Virus record (IMG/VR): IMGVR_UViG_3300035180_001563
Span: 1-64,000 of that record
DNA: 64,000 nt
Strand: one strand, 5' to 3'
Source of the DNA: a virus
The first letter of the stretch is position 1. The number at the start of each line of letters is the position of its first letter. The translations under genes and the position numbers were made by a program. Positions 35,928-46,818 of this stretch are shown here, in pieces. The notes beneath the pieces are model-generated. The model was not told the DNA's origin and searched no databases. It was given only the letters and a program-made list of their open reading frames with translations.

Positions 35928-36989
35928 TTACCAAACCGTGTCTTGTATCTGCATTATTGTGTTAGCAACATACGTCACATTTACTTGACTTGGAAGATGT
36001 GTTTTTTTAACTGCTTCGTTAACTTCATTATTCATATGATCTGCATATTCGATGATTTGTTCATATGACCAAGCTCCATTACGAATCGACAATAACTCTT
36101 GAGCATCTGGTCTCTTAACTTTAATAACACCTTCTGTTAAAGCTTCATATCCCATTCGCAGTAGCCGAACCAAGTGCATTGCATGTTTTGTATCATAACC
36201 AAATTGTTCTTCAAGGGAAGAACGAGCAACATTTCGGTTCTGTTTCCATGTCCAATAATTTTTCCAATTTGTGTGTGCTTCTTCAAATTGTTTAGAATTA
36301 ATTTTAACAATCAATTCTGGAGTTTTTCCTTTTCTTGTTACAGTTTTTAACACAAAACTTGACATATTATCAAAATAAACCTTTTCATGGACAATTGGGT
36401 TACCGTTCTTATCCTTCCAACACGAACCTTTTTCGCTAAACAAAGCATATAAATTATCACCTAAACTCAATGCAGAATATCCATTAAATGGAACGGTTTT
36501 ATTCCATTCCAAATTACTGGTGAAGTTATAAACAATACTAACATGATCAAGCTGTTGTGGAGCTTGAACTGGTTGTGGATTATTGACCCATTTGTTGTGA
36601 CCTTTAATACGTTTTAACTGAGAAAATCCATATCCGGTTGTAGAGAACGCAATTTTTTTCGTTAACAAGTTTCCCCGAGCTTGACGAAGAATTTCATATC
36701 CTGGGGAAGAAAAAATCAAATCTTGTCCAGCTGTCCATAACAATTCTACCACATTTGGATTTTGTTCAACAGCCAACTTCATGAATTTATTCAATTCAAA
36801 AAATTTAATATCCCCATCAGGAAGCTCTATTTCTTCAACGTCAAAAAACGGAGTACGGATGCTAATTTGATCAGCAACAAATATTCCACGGATGTCTACA
36901 TCTGATGTTGGAAGATTCGTTCCATATGCTCTTGAGCCTGCATACATCTCTACAACTTTGTTCCGATCTAAAACTTTTTTCATATCCAT
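35928..36989 (-). CDS. Nucleotidyltransferase (YcgL/RlaP/T4 NrdC.11-like)
   Basis: GSRAYGTN..TSDVDIRGIF, NPN.VELL, GYDTKHAMHLVRLL. Confidence 0.88.
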   Translation of the reverse strand: MDMKKVLDRNKVVEMYAGSRAYGTNLPTSDVDIRGIFVADQISIRTPFFDVEEIELPDGDIKFFELNKFMKLAVEQNPNVVELLWTAGQDLIFSSPGYEILRQARGNLLTKKIAFSTTGYGFSQLKRIKGHNKWVNNPQPVQAPQQLDHVSIVYNFTSNLEWNKTVPFNGYSALSLGDNLYALFSEKGSCWKDKNGNPIVHEKVYFDNMSSFVLKTVTRKGKTPELIVKINSKQFEEAHTNWKNYWTWKQNRNVARSSLEEQFGYDTKHAMHLVRLLRMGYEALTEGVIKVKRPDAQELLSIRNGAWSYEQIIEYADHMNNEVNEAVKKTHLPSQVNVTYVANTIMQIQDTVW

Positions 36990-37038
36990 TTTTAGTTTCC
37001 AAATTAATTAAGTTGAAGAAATAAAGTAAATCATTTAC

Positions 37039-37299
37039 TCAACTATGTCTACGATTTACTACACCATGCTGTTCTAAACACGCAAACCCTGTTGCAACGA
37101 CCTGAAGAATTTCAAGTAGAGCATCACTATCACCATTTTTCATCCAAGCATCTTCAGCTTCAATCAACTCCTTTTTCATAATCAATAACCAGTTTGGAAT
37201 TGTGTGAATTTTTTGTTCAATAGTCCCCCACTTCAAATCTTGATATGTGCGTTCTGCTATAATAGCGTTTATCACATCTGTTCTAGGCACATTGTTCAT
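37039..37299 (-). CDS. MazG-like small pyrophosphohydrolase-fold protein
   Basis: ER.YQD.KWG, W..IM.KEL.EA, EILQVVA. Confidence 0.6.
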   Translation of the reverse strand: MNNVPRTDVINAIIAERTYQDLKWGTIEQKIHTIPNWLLIMKKELIEAEDAWMKNGDSDALLEILQVVATGFACLEQHGVVNRRHS

Positions 37300-38993
37300 G
37301 TTATGGTCTCCATTAAATTTGATTTTATGAATCGTATTTTACCACAATCCCATATCCGAATACAACCATTAATATCACAATTAACTCTTTCACTCAGTAG
37401 TGGATCAAAATTCTGAAGTTTTTTAGATAAAAACTTCCTTCTGTAATTAAATTTATGAACTCGTTTATTGTTTTCAATATAATAATAATCTGGTTTTAAT
37501 AATTTATTAAATACAAACCCGTTATTAACGTATAACTCTCCAACACTCCATCGACAATCTGCAAATGTAATTATTTGTTTCCATGTATGATTGTTACAAA
37601 AATGAGAAATTAATTTAGAAAACCCACCAGGAACGATTGTTGATGTTGCATATCGATTTAACACGAATGTGCCATTGGACTGTTTGATGAATGTTATTGC
37701 TGCTACGATGCTCTCTTTATATTTTAATCCATAACTAATCGAACCAGGACCATCTCCCTGAATGTGATATTTTTCAAAAAACTCACGTTTTTGGTAATAT
37801 TCAAGTGGCACAATAATGGTTTTTCTAGCAAATATTGAGTTCTGATGATCTTCTTGAATAATATGAAGAATTTTTTGTTTTATTATATCTGTTTGATAAA
37901 TCCACTCATCTGAAAATATTGTCAATAACCTAATCTTGTGTTCGGTACACCGATCCAATTTTTCTTTATGAAAGTTTGGTGTTTTAAATTTGTCACTGTG
38001 CCAATATAACCCGTTATATTCAATTGCGACATTATAGTCCGGAAGAAATATATCAAGTTCGTGTGGTGCAATAATTTGCCTATTACCAGTCACAAATTTG
38101 ATATTATGTTCAGCTAAAAAATCTGTTATTTGACTCTCTTGATAACTATGAGCATAATAGCGCACATCAATAGAAAATTTTAACATTCTTGTTGATATTA
38201 ATTTTTCATCCTTTAAACCTAATTCTGTAGCAATTTGTTGAAGTGGTTTTCTAAGTGTGTGATGTTGATTTATCAACCATTCTTTATTTGTTAATTTTTC
38301 CAATACATCACTAGAAAAATTGTCATATCTATGTTCCTGTTGTTTATGTTTTACATAATCCAGCTTTGACGTAGATGTAACACCATACTTATACATAATT
38401 GTATCATGTGCTACTTGTTGTACAGCTTTACTTTGAAGGGGAAAATCAACTCCGTATAATCTTTGATTAGTTGATTGGCGTTGATATTTGCCACTATCTG
38501 ACTGTTGATGATATTCTGTTCCGTATAAGTTCATGTTTGTTTCACGGGCTTTGGCTTTTACTATTTCATTTTGGGTTGGATACTCTACTCCATACTTAAT
38601 TAAACACGTTTTCTTATACTTGGCCTTAACTGTATCAGTTGTTCTTGGGTGACCCCCATACCTCGTGTTATTTGTGTCTGATATTTGTTGTTTTTTATCA
38701 GGTGAGTTGTTACTACAATACGTACTACAGTATTGTCTGTATCCAGTTGTATTATTGAATTTAACTATATTATTACCACACACCAAACACACTGGGTGTT
38801 TGGTGATATTATGCATTATGCAATACAGTCGTTCTGATAAAGAGGTCGCAAGTGAACCTTGTGTAAATGAGTATATCGCCTGTCGTAAATCTGGGAGGTT
38901 TTCAAGTATTTTACGTCCAGATGAATTTACTCTACCAGACTTCAATATAATGTTGAAGAGTTTTAATTGGGCGATCAACTCTTCTCGTGACAT
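37296..38993 (-). CDS. Vsr-like/Hef-type putative homing endonuclease (copy 4)
   Basis: KYGV repeats; ELDIF, IEYNGLYWHS, TFADCRWS, RIWDCGK. Confidence 0.8.
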   Translation of the reverse strand: MSREELIAQLKLFNIILKSGRVNSSGRKILENLPDLRQAIYSFTQGSLATSLSERLYCIMHNITKHPVCLVCGNNIVKFNNTTGYRQYCSTYCSNNSPDKKQQISDTNNTRYGGHPRTTDTVKAKYKKTCLIKYGVEYPTQNEIVKAKARETNMNLYGTEYHQQSDSGKYQRQSTNQRLYGVDFPLQSKAVQQVAHDTIMYKYGVTSTSKLDYVKHKQQEHRYDNFSSDVLEKLTNKEWLINQHHTLRKPLQQIATELGLKDEKLISTRMLKFSIDVRYYAHSYQESQITDFLAEHNIKFVTGNRQIIAPHELDIFLPDYNVAIEYNGLYWHSDKFKTPNFHKEKLDRCTEHKIRLLTIFSDEWIYQTDIIKQKILHIIQEDHQNSIFARKTIIVPLEYYQKREFFEKYHIQGDGPGSISYGLKYKESIVAAITFIKQSNGTFVLNRYATSTIVPGGFSKLISHFCNNHTWKQIITFADCRWSVGELYVNNGFVFNKLLKPDYYYIENNKRVHKFNYRRKFLSKKLQNFDPLLSERVNCDINGCIRIWDCGKIRFIKSNLMETIT

Positions 38994-40084
38994 TACTCTT
39001 CTTCAGCCTTTTTAAGGCGTTTTTTCTTAGAAGATTCTCCAGATGACATATCCACAACTTCATTGTCTCCAAGTTTCACTTGCAGAAATGCATCTGTTAA
39101 TGTTTCACATTGTGCCAAAATATCAGGTGCAAATTGATTGAAATTTTTGGATTGAAATTTTTCTTCTCCGAATTTATACCAAGACCCGTTCTGTTCTACT
39201 ACTCCCAACCCAACAGCAGCCTCTAACAAGCCATTATATGAATCCATACCAGTTTCATATGGGACCTCAATAGTAACACTCATAAATGGTCTACAAAATC
39301 TTGTTTTATACCCTTCACATTTCATACGTATGCCTTGGACATCACTAGGAGTGTCTCCTCGTAACTTTAACTTTGTCAGTAGTGTAATTTGGGACAGAGA
39401 ATATTTTACTGCATCATTTACAATCCATACTCCCTCACCGTTCATCACATCTTGATTCTTATATACTTGGTGTGTTACAATCATACTAATATTTTGATGT
39501 TTAATGGCATGCACGAATTGTCTCAAGACAGACTTCATCTGTTTGCTTCGTTGTCCTTGGTCGCCCTTGAGAACACCTTTATCAAAGTTTTCTTCTTCAG
39601 TTTCGGTCATGAGCATATCTAAACTATCTATAACAATCACTACTTTTGGTGCATTAGGATCTCCGATTCCATACTCTTTCTCATATGATTTAAGAAACGA
39701 CGACACATATTTTTGAGCTTGTGGAATAGTATCCAAATCTGCATGAATAAACATATCTTCACTAACGTCTACACCAATCTTGGAAGCAAACACTGCATCG
39801 AGTGCGTGTTCACTGTCTCCAACGACTGCAAATATTCCCTCTTTTTGTGCTTCTCTTATACAATTACAGGTAATAAACGTTTTTCCTGAGCCTGATGGGC
39901 CAGCGAAACAAACTATACGACCTTGGGGAATTCCCTTCAAAAAACTACCCGAAATAGTTTTATTTAAAGCGTAATTTCCAGTGGAGAACCAGTATCGAGG
40001 TGGCTCAGCAGCACCTATATCAATTCCTACTTTATCCATATCTTTAACAAAACCTTTAACAAACTCTGTTTTAAACTTTACCAT
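38993..40084 (-). CDS. uvsX: UvsX/RecA-like recombinase
   Basis: GPSGSGKT, DSE, VIDSL, KGDQG, KTRF. Confidence 0.92.
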   Translation of the reverse strand: MVKFKTEFVKGFVKDMDKVGIDIGAAEPPRYWFSTGNYALNKTISGSFLKGIPQGRIVCFAGPSGSGKTFITCNCIREAQKEGIFAVVGDSEHALDAVFASKIGVDVSEDMFIHADLDTIPQAQKYVSSFLKSYEKEYGIGDPNAPKVVIVIDSLDMLMTETEEENFDKGVLKGDQGQRSKQMKSVLRQFVHAIKHQNISMIVTHQVYKNQDVMNGEGVWIVNDAVKYSLSQITLLTKLKLRGDTPSDVQGIRMKCEGYKTRFCRPFMSVTIEVPYETGMDSYNGLLEAAVGLGVVEQNGSWYKFGEEKFQSKNFNQFAPDILAQCETLTDAFLQVKLGDNEVVDMSSGESSKKKRLKKAEEE

Positions 40085-40991
40085 TTTTCATCTCCTGTTT
40101 TATTTTAGACCATTCACTACCCCAAATGGTGACTAAATTGTATCCATACTGTTTAATAAGTTGTTCTCTCAGCTGAGTCTCATTCCATAGTTGTTCAGCA
40201 GTTTTTGATAAAAACGAAAACGGAACATCTGCTGGATTTAACACATCTAAGTTTCCATGCCACATATCCCCATAAAATTCATACACTGTGTTAGTTTCTG
40301 GAATAAACCCATCAAAAAACACATGTTTCTTTCCCAATTGCTTATGTACTTGTCTTGTCTCTGGTTTGTCAGGGACTCCAACATAGTCTAACCACTCTTG
40401 TTCACTTTTGGATGCTACTCTGCTGCATTTTCTGCATCCACACCTAGCATTTATATGAGTATCAGGAACTTGACTGAATACTCCATGTTTTTTACATATT
40501 ATATTAACAGGAGTTTTACTATTGATATACTCTACTAAAGAATAATCATACATATCACCATGTGTGTTAATCGCTTTTTGAATAAATATGTCCTTTCCAC
40601 TTTTGTTATAAGTTTTACAATTAGGACACCCTACACCATATAAATGGTCATTGGGTTTTCTTAGAAAGTGCCCATGTTGTGGACATATTATCTGAACTTT
40701 TTGTTTATTGTGAATATACTCAACTAAAGAATAATCATATTTGTTATCATATAATAAATTGCATCTATCAATAAATGTTTGTGTAGATAACCGTTGATTA
40801 TCAGCCTTACAGTATTTGCAACCATATCCAGCTAAATGTTGATATGGCTTTTGTAAAAAAGGTCCATGTTTTCTACAAATAATAGTAACTGGTATATGAG
40901 AATTTTTATAGTTAACTAACGAATAATCGAACAACCCACCATGAATTATGTGGGCTTGTTCGATAAACACCTTTTCCGTTTTTTGTTGCAC
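40071..40991 (-). CDS. Putative homing endonuclease, CapR/DUF723-like zinc repeats plus Vsr-like domain
   Basis: Three YDYSLV.Y...V.IIC..HG.F repeats; FDGF..VYEFYGDMWHG. Confidence 0.8.
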   Translation of the reverse strand: MQQKTEKVFIEQAHIIHGGLFDYSLVNYKNSHIPVTIICRKHGPFLQKPYQHLAGYGCKYCKADNQRLSTQTFIDRCNLLYDNKYDYSLVEYIHNKQKVQIICPQHGHFLRKPNDHLYGVGCPNCKTYNKSGKDIFIQKAINTHGDMYDYSLVEYINSKTPVNIICKKHGVFSQVPDTHINARCGCRKCSRVASKSEQEWLDYVGVPDKPETRQVHKQLGKKHVFFDGFIPETNTVYEFYGDMWHGNLDVLNPADVPFSFLSKTAEQLWNETQLREQLIKQYGYNLVTIWGSEWSKIKQEMKNGKV

Positions 40992-41005
40992 GTGTTTATA
41001 AAGTA

Positions 41006-41950
41006 TTATTCACTATCTACCTTATTTGCCTTACGACGAGCACGAAGTCTTGCTAAAATTGCTTCCGGATCGTCATCATCACCATCAGAAGATGAGTCAG
41101 CAGGAGTAGATTCTACTTTATCTACTTTAGTTGTGGTTGGTTTCTTAGTAGATTTTTCAACGACATCCTTGATAGATGACACTTTAGTGACAGGTGTATC
41201 ATCAACATTTTCGGTGTTATCAGATCCCGAATTATCAGAGTTATATTCTTCCCCAGTCATTGCAGCTTTAAGCATTGCTTCAACTTTGTCTAAGCCTGGG
41301 TTCTTGGGAAGTAACGTAGATAAGTTGATAAGAGACGCTTCAACATGAGATACAGTTTCATCGTCAAGATCACTTGCACGTTTAGCGAATGAACTGCGTG
41401 AATAATCCGCATAGTCGCCACTTTGACGCTTTTTAATCATGAAGTTTGTTCCACCTTCATACAAATATGGGATTTCTTCCAAATCACCACTTTCAAAAGC
41501 GTCCTTAATTGCATCATAAATCTTACTACCTAACGCTAGATAACGAATTTTACCTTGGTGAGTTTCACCTGTTTCTTTATCCGCAGGTAGAGGATCTTCG
41601 ATTATCAATGCTTGAGCAATGTATTGCTTCTTACGCCAATATTTCTTACCGTTTGTTTTATCATCTTTCTTGTAAAAGGCAGCTGATACCTTACAAATTG
41701 GACAATCTTCACCATACATCTTAAGACATGGTACTGATTTATTTTCCCCATTAATACTTAAAGTATGCATTAATTTTTCAACTAAGAACCCCATTGGGTT
41801 TTCTTCATTTGCGTCAGGTAAAAAACGTACAGTTGATTGTTCTCCTACTTCCATATTCCAAAATGGGTAATAATTATTTTGTCCACCTTCGGTTGCGGTT
41901 TCGGATTTCTTGAATTGACTCTTGAGGTCATTTAATGAGAGTTTAGCCAT
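41006..41950 (-). CDS. Single-stranded DNA-binding protein (gp32-like)
   Basis: VRFLPD, CPIC, DYSRSSF, acidic tail; ATG at 41950 after AAGGAG. Confidence 0.9.
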   Translation of the reverse strand: MAKLSLNDLKSQFKKSETATEGGQNNYYPFWNMEVGEQSTVRFLPDANEENPMGFLVEKLMHTLSINGENKSVPCLKMYGEDCPICKVSAAFYKKDDKTNGKKYWRKKQYIAQALIIEDPLPADKETGETHQGKIRYLALGSKIYDAIKDAFESGDLEEIPYLYEGGTNFMIKKRQSGDYADYSRSSFAKRASDLDDETVSHVEASLINLSTLLPKNPGLDKVEAMLKAAMTGEEYNSDNSGSDNTENVDDTPVTKVSSIKDVVEKSTKKPTTTKVDKVESTPADSSSDGDDDDPEAILARLRARRKANKVDSE

Positions 41951-42112
41951 TATTATTCTCCTTTTCACTTTTCTCGTGTTGTGATTGAATTCACTTTTAA
42001 ATAATACATTTTTTTCGCTTAGAGATCAAGGGTTATGATCACGGTTGTAGAAAATGATTTCTACACATGTATTTATGTTAGTTATGAAAAACGTTACAAC
42101 AAAGTAATAGGG

Positions 42113-44812
42113 TCAAGATAATGATAATAACAAAATTTTCCCCGTAAACCCTACTGAGAACGTAATTTGCATGGTATTGTTATCTACAAACAATACTTGG
42201 ATTGGTATAATGGGAGTTTGTACTCCATTAACATCAACATATATATTATACATAATATCAGCTGAGTTTAAATTGTGGGTAATGATCCATATGTTAGAGT
42301 TGATTGTAATTATCTCTTTATATGATTTACTAATACCCAAACTCGATACTGAGTTATCAACATACTGCTTTGTTGCTGCATTTAAGTTGGATGTTGGGTC
42401 TCCAACCAAAGATAGATCACCAGTCATACTACCACCCGAGGTAGACAATCGCGTTGCAGTAGTGACATCAACATATTGTCTTGTTGCTGCACCCAGACTA
42501 TTTATTGGGTCTCGATATAAAATTAAATCACCAGTCATAACATCTCCACCCCTGTTCACATAGGAGCCAATGTTTTGACTTACTTGAGTGTCAACATACT
42601 GTTTTGTTGCAGCTTCGAGAGCAGTGTGAGGATCTGAGGCTAGTTGTAATATCCCTGTCAACGTTCCACCTGTTAGGCTTAGATATAACTGATCAGCAAT
42701 AACTTGACTCAAACCTCCACCTAGTGTTACGTTACTAACCTGTGTGTCAACGTATAATTTCGATGCTGCTTCTAAACCATATTGTGGATCACCTTGCAAC
42801 ATCAAATGACCATTTACAGTAAGATCCCCAGAAACGGTATCCCCCGTTTTTTTAACATACAAACCGTCGGTTTGTGTTTGTGTGAGATATAAACTTGTGG
42901 CAGTAGTTTCAGAAGTTGTTATAGCATTATCAACATATTGTTTTGTTGCTGCTCCATAACTAGTGGTTGGATTTCCGGATAAAATCAACAACCCGTTCAT
43001 TGTGTCTCCAGAAATGTTTACTGGAGTAAAACCAAGCGTATTAATTAAATCAACTGATGTTTGGTTAGTCCCAGACGTAACTAAACCATTAACATTAACA
43101 GTTACTGAGTTATAAGTTCCTGGAATAATACCTGAGCTTGATAGAGTCGTTACAATTGACCCAGTTCCTGAACCGGATACTGCACCTGATAATGTAATTG
43201 GTTGATTTGGGGATGAACTGATTGAACTATCAACATAATGTTTTGTCGCTGCACCGTTGTTTACAACTGGATCTCCCGATAGAACCAGCAACCCAGTCAT
43301 TACATCTCCAGCTTTGTTAATTGGAGTAAAGTTTAGGGCAGTAGTAACGTCTGAGTTACTGAGAGAGTTTCCTACTGTTACCAATCCCTTGGAGTTCACT
43401 GTGATTTTTGAATAAACTCCTGGTGTTACACCAGAATTAGCTAACGTTGTCGAAAAAATAGAAGTTCCTGAACCTGTAACATCACCAACCATTGTAATTA
43501 GTTTATTTGGTATATTATCAACATACTGTTTTGTAGCAGGTTGCATTGCTGATGATGGGTCTGAGTTTAACGTTAAAGGACCTGTTAAAGTTCCACCGGA
43601 AATGTTTAATTTGATATCATCCAATTCTTGCAAATTCTGTTGAACAGTAGTGGCACTTAAATCGGTATATGCAACTGTCGAAACAGTAGAAGCTGTATGT
43701 GTATGAGCTAAGGGTGTTCTTGCATTTGAATTTCGTGGGTCGTTATCACCAACAGCCACAGGGTTTAATGGATCTGTTGCTTCAACGGATAATTTAACAA
43801 CTCCAGTAATGGTAGATGATGCTTTTTGAGTTCCAAGACCAGGATCACCTTTAGGTCCAGTTAAACCAGCTGGGCCAACCGCACCTAAACCCTGCATAAA
43901 CATTATTGTTGTTTTGGATGTTACTCGAGCGATGGGGACTTGTGTTGGTCTAAAAGAATTGATAATAGCAGGATCGATATCTGTTAATGATCCGTTTGTA
44001 TCTACCCAAAGTGGAGCATTTATTGTTGTCCAGTTCCACCCAGGATTCGTTATAATTCCCTGAAATATGACTGGGGTTACTTGATCGTAGGTAGCAGATT
44101 TAATACACATCATTAATACAGATGATGATGTATCTTCATAATTTGCCAATCTAATGCGGTTGAAATCTGAGTATGTGACTACGGAGAACGATGAGATGTT
44201 TTCATTTGCCTGAGCAAACGTAATATCTGTTTCAAGTCTATTTGACATCTCAAATGTTCCATCAACAAACCATTGGTCTTCAGATGAAAAGAATGTGTTA
44301 TCAGATTTTTTGAGAGCTGAACCCAATCCATCAAACAATATTCTTCCTGATTTATAACTCACATTTGATCCTACTTGAGTTCCAGGTTGATTTAATACAA
44401 GAGTCGTTCCATTAAGAAGGGCGCCAGCGAATACTCGGATACACTCGACCCAACGAATACTATCCCAAAAACGCATCTTGTTTGCAGTCGTATCAAACCA
44501 GTGTTGATTCAATTGGGGGGAGGGAGGGTTTGTAGCGCTAACAATTGGTTGAACACTAGTGAAACCAAATGTTCTCACTGCTGTGTTTTTATTAATATCC
44601 CAATACAACCAACTTGAATCTGTTGAGGATAAATTTGTCCAAGCTGCTATTGTTACTTGACTTGAGGGTTCTGTGAACATATATTCTGCAGTGCCAAAAG
44701 AGGCTGTGAACACTGCAGGACTACTTCCCACGTTAAGATTAACTGTTGTTCCTGTTTTAGTAAGAAAGTCTGACTGACTTTGAACTATACCTTGTCTAAA
44801 AGATAGTAACAT
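42113..44812 (-). CDS. Large virion fibre protein
   Basis: Short collagen-like GPAGLTGPKGDPG; multiple AATKQYVD repeats; WIITHNL C-terminus. Confidence 0.8.
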   Translation of the reverse strand: MLLSFRQGIVQSQSDFLTKTGTTVNLNVGSSPAVFTASFGTAEYMFTEPSSQVTIAAWTNLSSTDSSWLYWDINKNTAVRTFGFTSVQPIVSATNPPSPQLNQHWFDTTANKMRFWDSIRWVECIRVFAGALLNGTTLVLNQPGTQVGSNVSYKSGRILFDGLGSALKKSDNTFFSSEDQWFVDGTFEMSNRLETDITFAQANENISSFSVVTYSDFNRIRLANYEDTSSSVLMMCIKSATYDQVTPVIFQGIITNPGWNWTTINAPLWVDTNGSLTDIDPAIINSFRPTQVPIARVTSKTTIMFMQGLGAVGPAGLTGPKGDPGLGTQKASSTITGVVKLSVEATDPLNPVAVGDNDPRNSNARTPLAHTHTASTVSTVAYTDLSATTVQQNLQELDDIKLNISGGTLTGPLTLNSDPSSAMQPATKQYVDNIPNKLITMVGDVTGSGTSIFSTTLANSGVTPGVYSKITVNSKGLVTVGNSLSNSDVTTALNFTPINKAGDVMTGLLVLSGDPVVNNGAATKHYVDSSISSSPNQPITLSGAVSGSGTGSIVTTLSSSGIIPGTYNSVTVNVNGLVTSGTNQTSVDLINTLGFTPVNISGDTMNGLLILSGNPTTSYGAATKQYVDNAITTSETTATSLYLTQTQTDGLYVKKTGDTVSGDLTVNGHLMLQGDPQYGLEAASKLYVDTQVSNVTLGGGLSQVIADQLYLSLTGGTLTGILQLASDPHTALEAATKQYVDTQVSQNIGSYVNRGGDVMTGDLILYRDPINSLGAATRQYVDVTTATRLSTSGGSMTGDLSLVGDPTSNLNAATKQYVDNSVSSLGISKSYKEIITINSNIWIITHNLNSADIMYNIYVDVNGVQTPIIPIQVLFVDNNTMQITFSVGFTGKILLLSLS

Positions 44813-44881
44813 AATGTGTTGTACTCACCATAATATTTTATATATTTATAAATTGTGCAACACAATGGTGGTGTTAGTGTT

Positions 44882-45541
44882 TTAGTGTCGTACTTCCCAG
44901 ACTACTTCAAAATCTGGACATTCATAAAATGTTTGTGGATCTAACCTCATACCATATTGAGCAATCATAGCTTCAAACTGTGCAAAGTTTTTATCATAGT
45001 CATTATCACCCATCAATGCAGCTCTAACCAATTCTACGCACGAGAGATTTTGATCTTGACTAAGATCAAAAAGAGTATCGTACGGCTTACCAAGTTCTGT
45101 TTTAGCTTTATCTAACGCTGCTGTCCAATCTTCAAGAGTCATATTTTTTGGTTTCAATAAAGCAACAGAGCTACATTGTTGATCAAATACGTCATTGAAT
45201 CCAGAATAATGAACACCAGTATCTGTAGATTCTATAAACCTGAAGTCATCAGTTGTATCAACAGTGTCTTCAAGGTTCATAAATGAATGTCCATAATATC
45301 CAGGTTTCTTAAATTTTGAAAGGATCCAGTGAGCTAATTGAATAAAATAAACCGAAAGGTGTCCACGATGCATTGATAATATCACATAATAATCTTTTGA
45401 TAACTTTTCATTGAGAGTGTCTCGTTCTGATTGAGTTAAAACTCGTTTTGAGTTCCAGTTAACTTTTCCAATCAACATAATGATTACACTCACAACTACA
45501 ACGTAAGTTCTCGAAAAGGACATTTTAATTTTATTAAACAT
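44882..45541 (-). CDS. Permuted papain-like NlpC/P60 protein (YiiX/YebB-like)
   Basis: YGHS precedes LGKPYD..F...LSCVELV. Confidence 0.8.
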   Translation of the reverse strand: MFNKIKMSFSRTYVVVVSVIIMLIGKVNWNSKRVLTQSERDTLNEKLSKDYYVILSMHRGHLSVYFIQLAHWILSKFKKPGYYGHSFMNLEDTVDTTDDFRFIESTDTGVHYSGFNDVFDQQCSSVALLKPKNMTLEDWTAALDKAKTELGKPYDTLFDLSQDQNLSCVELVRAALMGDNDYDKNFAQFEAMIAQYGMRLDPQTFYECPDFEVVWEVRH

Positions 45542-45564
45542 AGTGGATGTACTCCTTTGTATGA

Positions 45565-45993
45565 TTACACAGGTACGCGATTTGCAAGAACTTGAGCTGC
45601 TCTACCGACACCGATAAGTCCAAGTTGTTCTAACATTTGTACACCTGCGATTGTATTAGGGTTTGTTAATTGAACTTCTGCAGACAGCTCCATATCTTTT
45701 GCCATCGTCAATAAAATTGCCTTATAATTGGCTGGAATATTTGGATTTGACTGAACATTATCGATTCCAACACGTTCCGCTAAAGTAAACAACTGTCTAA
45801 ATTGAAACTTAGTAATAACAACTCCAGCAGCTATTTCTGGATTTGCTGCAATCCATGTATCTAGTGTAGTTTGATCAGGGATTGGAGCACCTGCATCCCA
45901 TATAAGATCTGCATAAACTGAACCATCTCCATTTGCGTGGCATTGAACGGCTGGAAATCCAACACTAATTGCCTGAATGTATGTCATTGTCAT
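45565..45993 (-). CDS. Fibre-associated small protein, paralog of 14224-14649
   Basis: ITKFQFRQLFTLAER...LT.P.TIAG...GLI. Confidence 0.7.
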   Translation of the reverse strand: MTMTYIQAISVGFPAVQCHANGDGSVYADLIWDAGAPIPDQTTLDTWIAANPEIAAGVVITKFQFRQLFTLAERVGIDNVQSNPNIPANYKAILLTMAKDMELSAEVQLTNPNTIAGVQMLEQLGLIGVGRAAQVLANRVPV

Positions 45994-46055
45994 AAGTTTT
46001 TCTCCAATAATTGTAATATGTATATACCAGTGTATTTATGATATGTGTTTGTAAT

Positions 46056-46739
46056 TTATGCTAATTCTGAAACAGTAACACCACTCTTAGCTAACATACC
46101 GTTGAAATTATTCCCTGTTGTGCCTGTTTGGCCAATATACCAAGTTCCAGTACCATTGCTTATACCGACTCTAATAGAGTAGGTTTGAGTTGATGTAGAT
46201 CCAGGTGTATCGATAAAATTAAATGGTAGAGTATAAATTAGAGTAGTTGTACTAATGCTTGCTCCGACAACACCAATACAAGTAGATCCTCTAAAAAATG
46301 CAGCTGTTAATTGTCTTGATGTTGTACTCAATGAGTAACAAAATGCCCCAGAGATATTAACATTACTAGTGGTATAGGTGGGGGTAATTGTGTGGGACCA
46401 TATTTGCGTTCCCATAGCTGTAGTTGGTGTGGTATTAGCTAATGTTATTGTTGATGTTCCTGTGGTTGCAGCTATATTAGAGAAAGTTTGTTGTATCGGT
46501 TGTCCGGACCCAACTACAGGAACACCTGCACTCAATAAGATCCACGATGCTCCATTATCTCTATAAATTAGGTTAGTGTCTGTTGTAATATACACGTTTC
46601 CAACGTTTCCTGCTGCTGGCAACGCAGAAAATATACCGGAAGTAATTTGGGGAGTATTTCCACCATTTAATAAAACAGGTGTTCCATTAACATCTGGAGT
46701 ATTAGCAAAACTATATGAGCCGAAGACTGGTGTTGACAT
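46056..46739 (-). CDS. Virion fibre-tip protein
   Basis: ITPTYTTS, DTPGSTSTQTYSIR, TVSELA C-terminal domain. Confidence 0.7.
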   Translation of the reverse strand: MSTPVFGSYSFANTPDVNGTPVLLNGGNTPQITSGIFSALPAAGNVGNVYITTDTNLIYRDNGASWILLSAGVPVVGSGQPIQQTFSNIAATTGTSTITLANTTPTTAMGTQIWSHTITPTYTTSNVNISGAFCYSLSTTSRQLTAAFFRGSTCIGVVGASISTTTLIYTLPFNFIDTPGSTSTQTYSIRVGISNGTGTWYIGQTGTTGNNFNGMLAKSGVTVSELA

Positions 46740-46818
46740 TTGTTTTTTCCTATTTTATTATTATTTATCAATCTCTCGACTAAGAAAACCCCAGATGCTT
46801 CAGCATTGGGGTAGTTCA

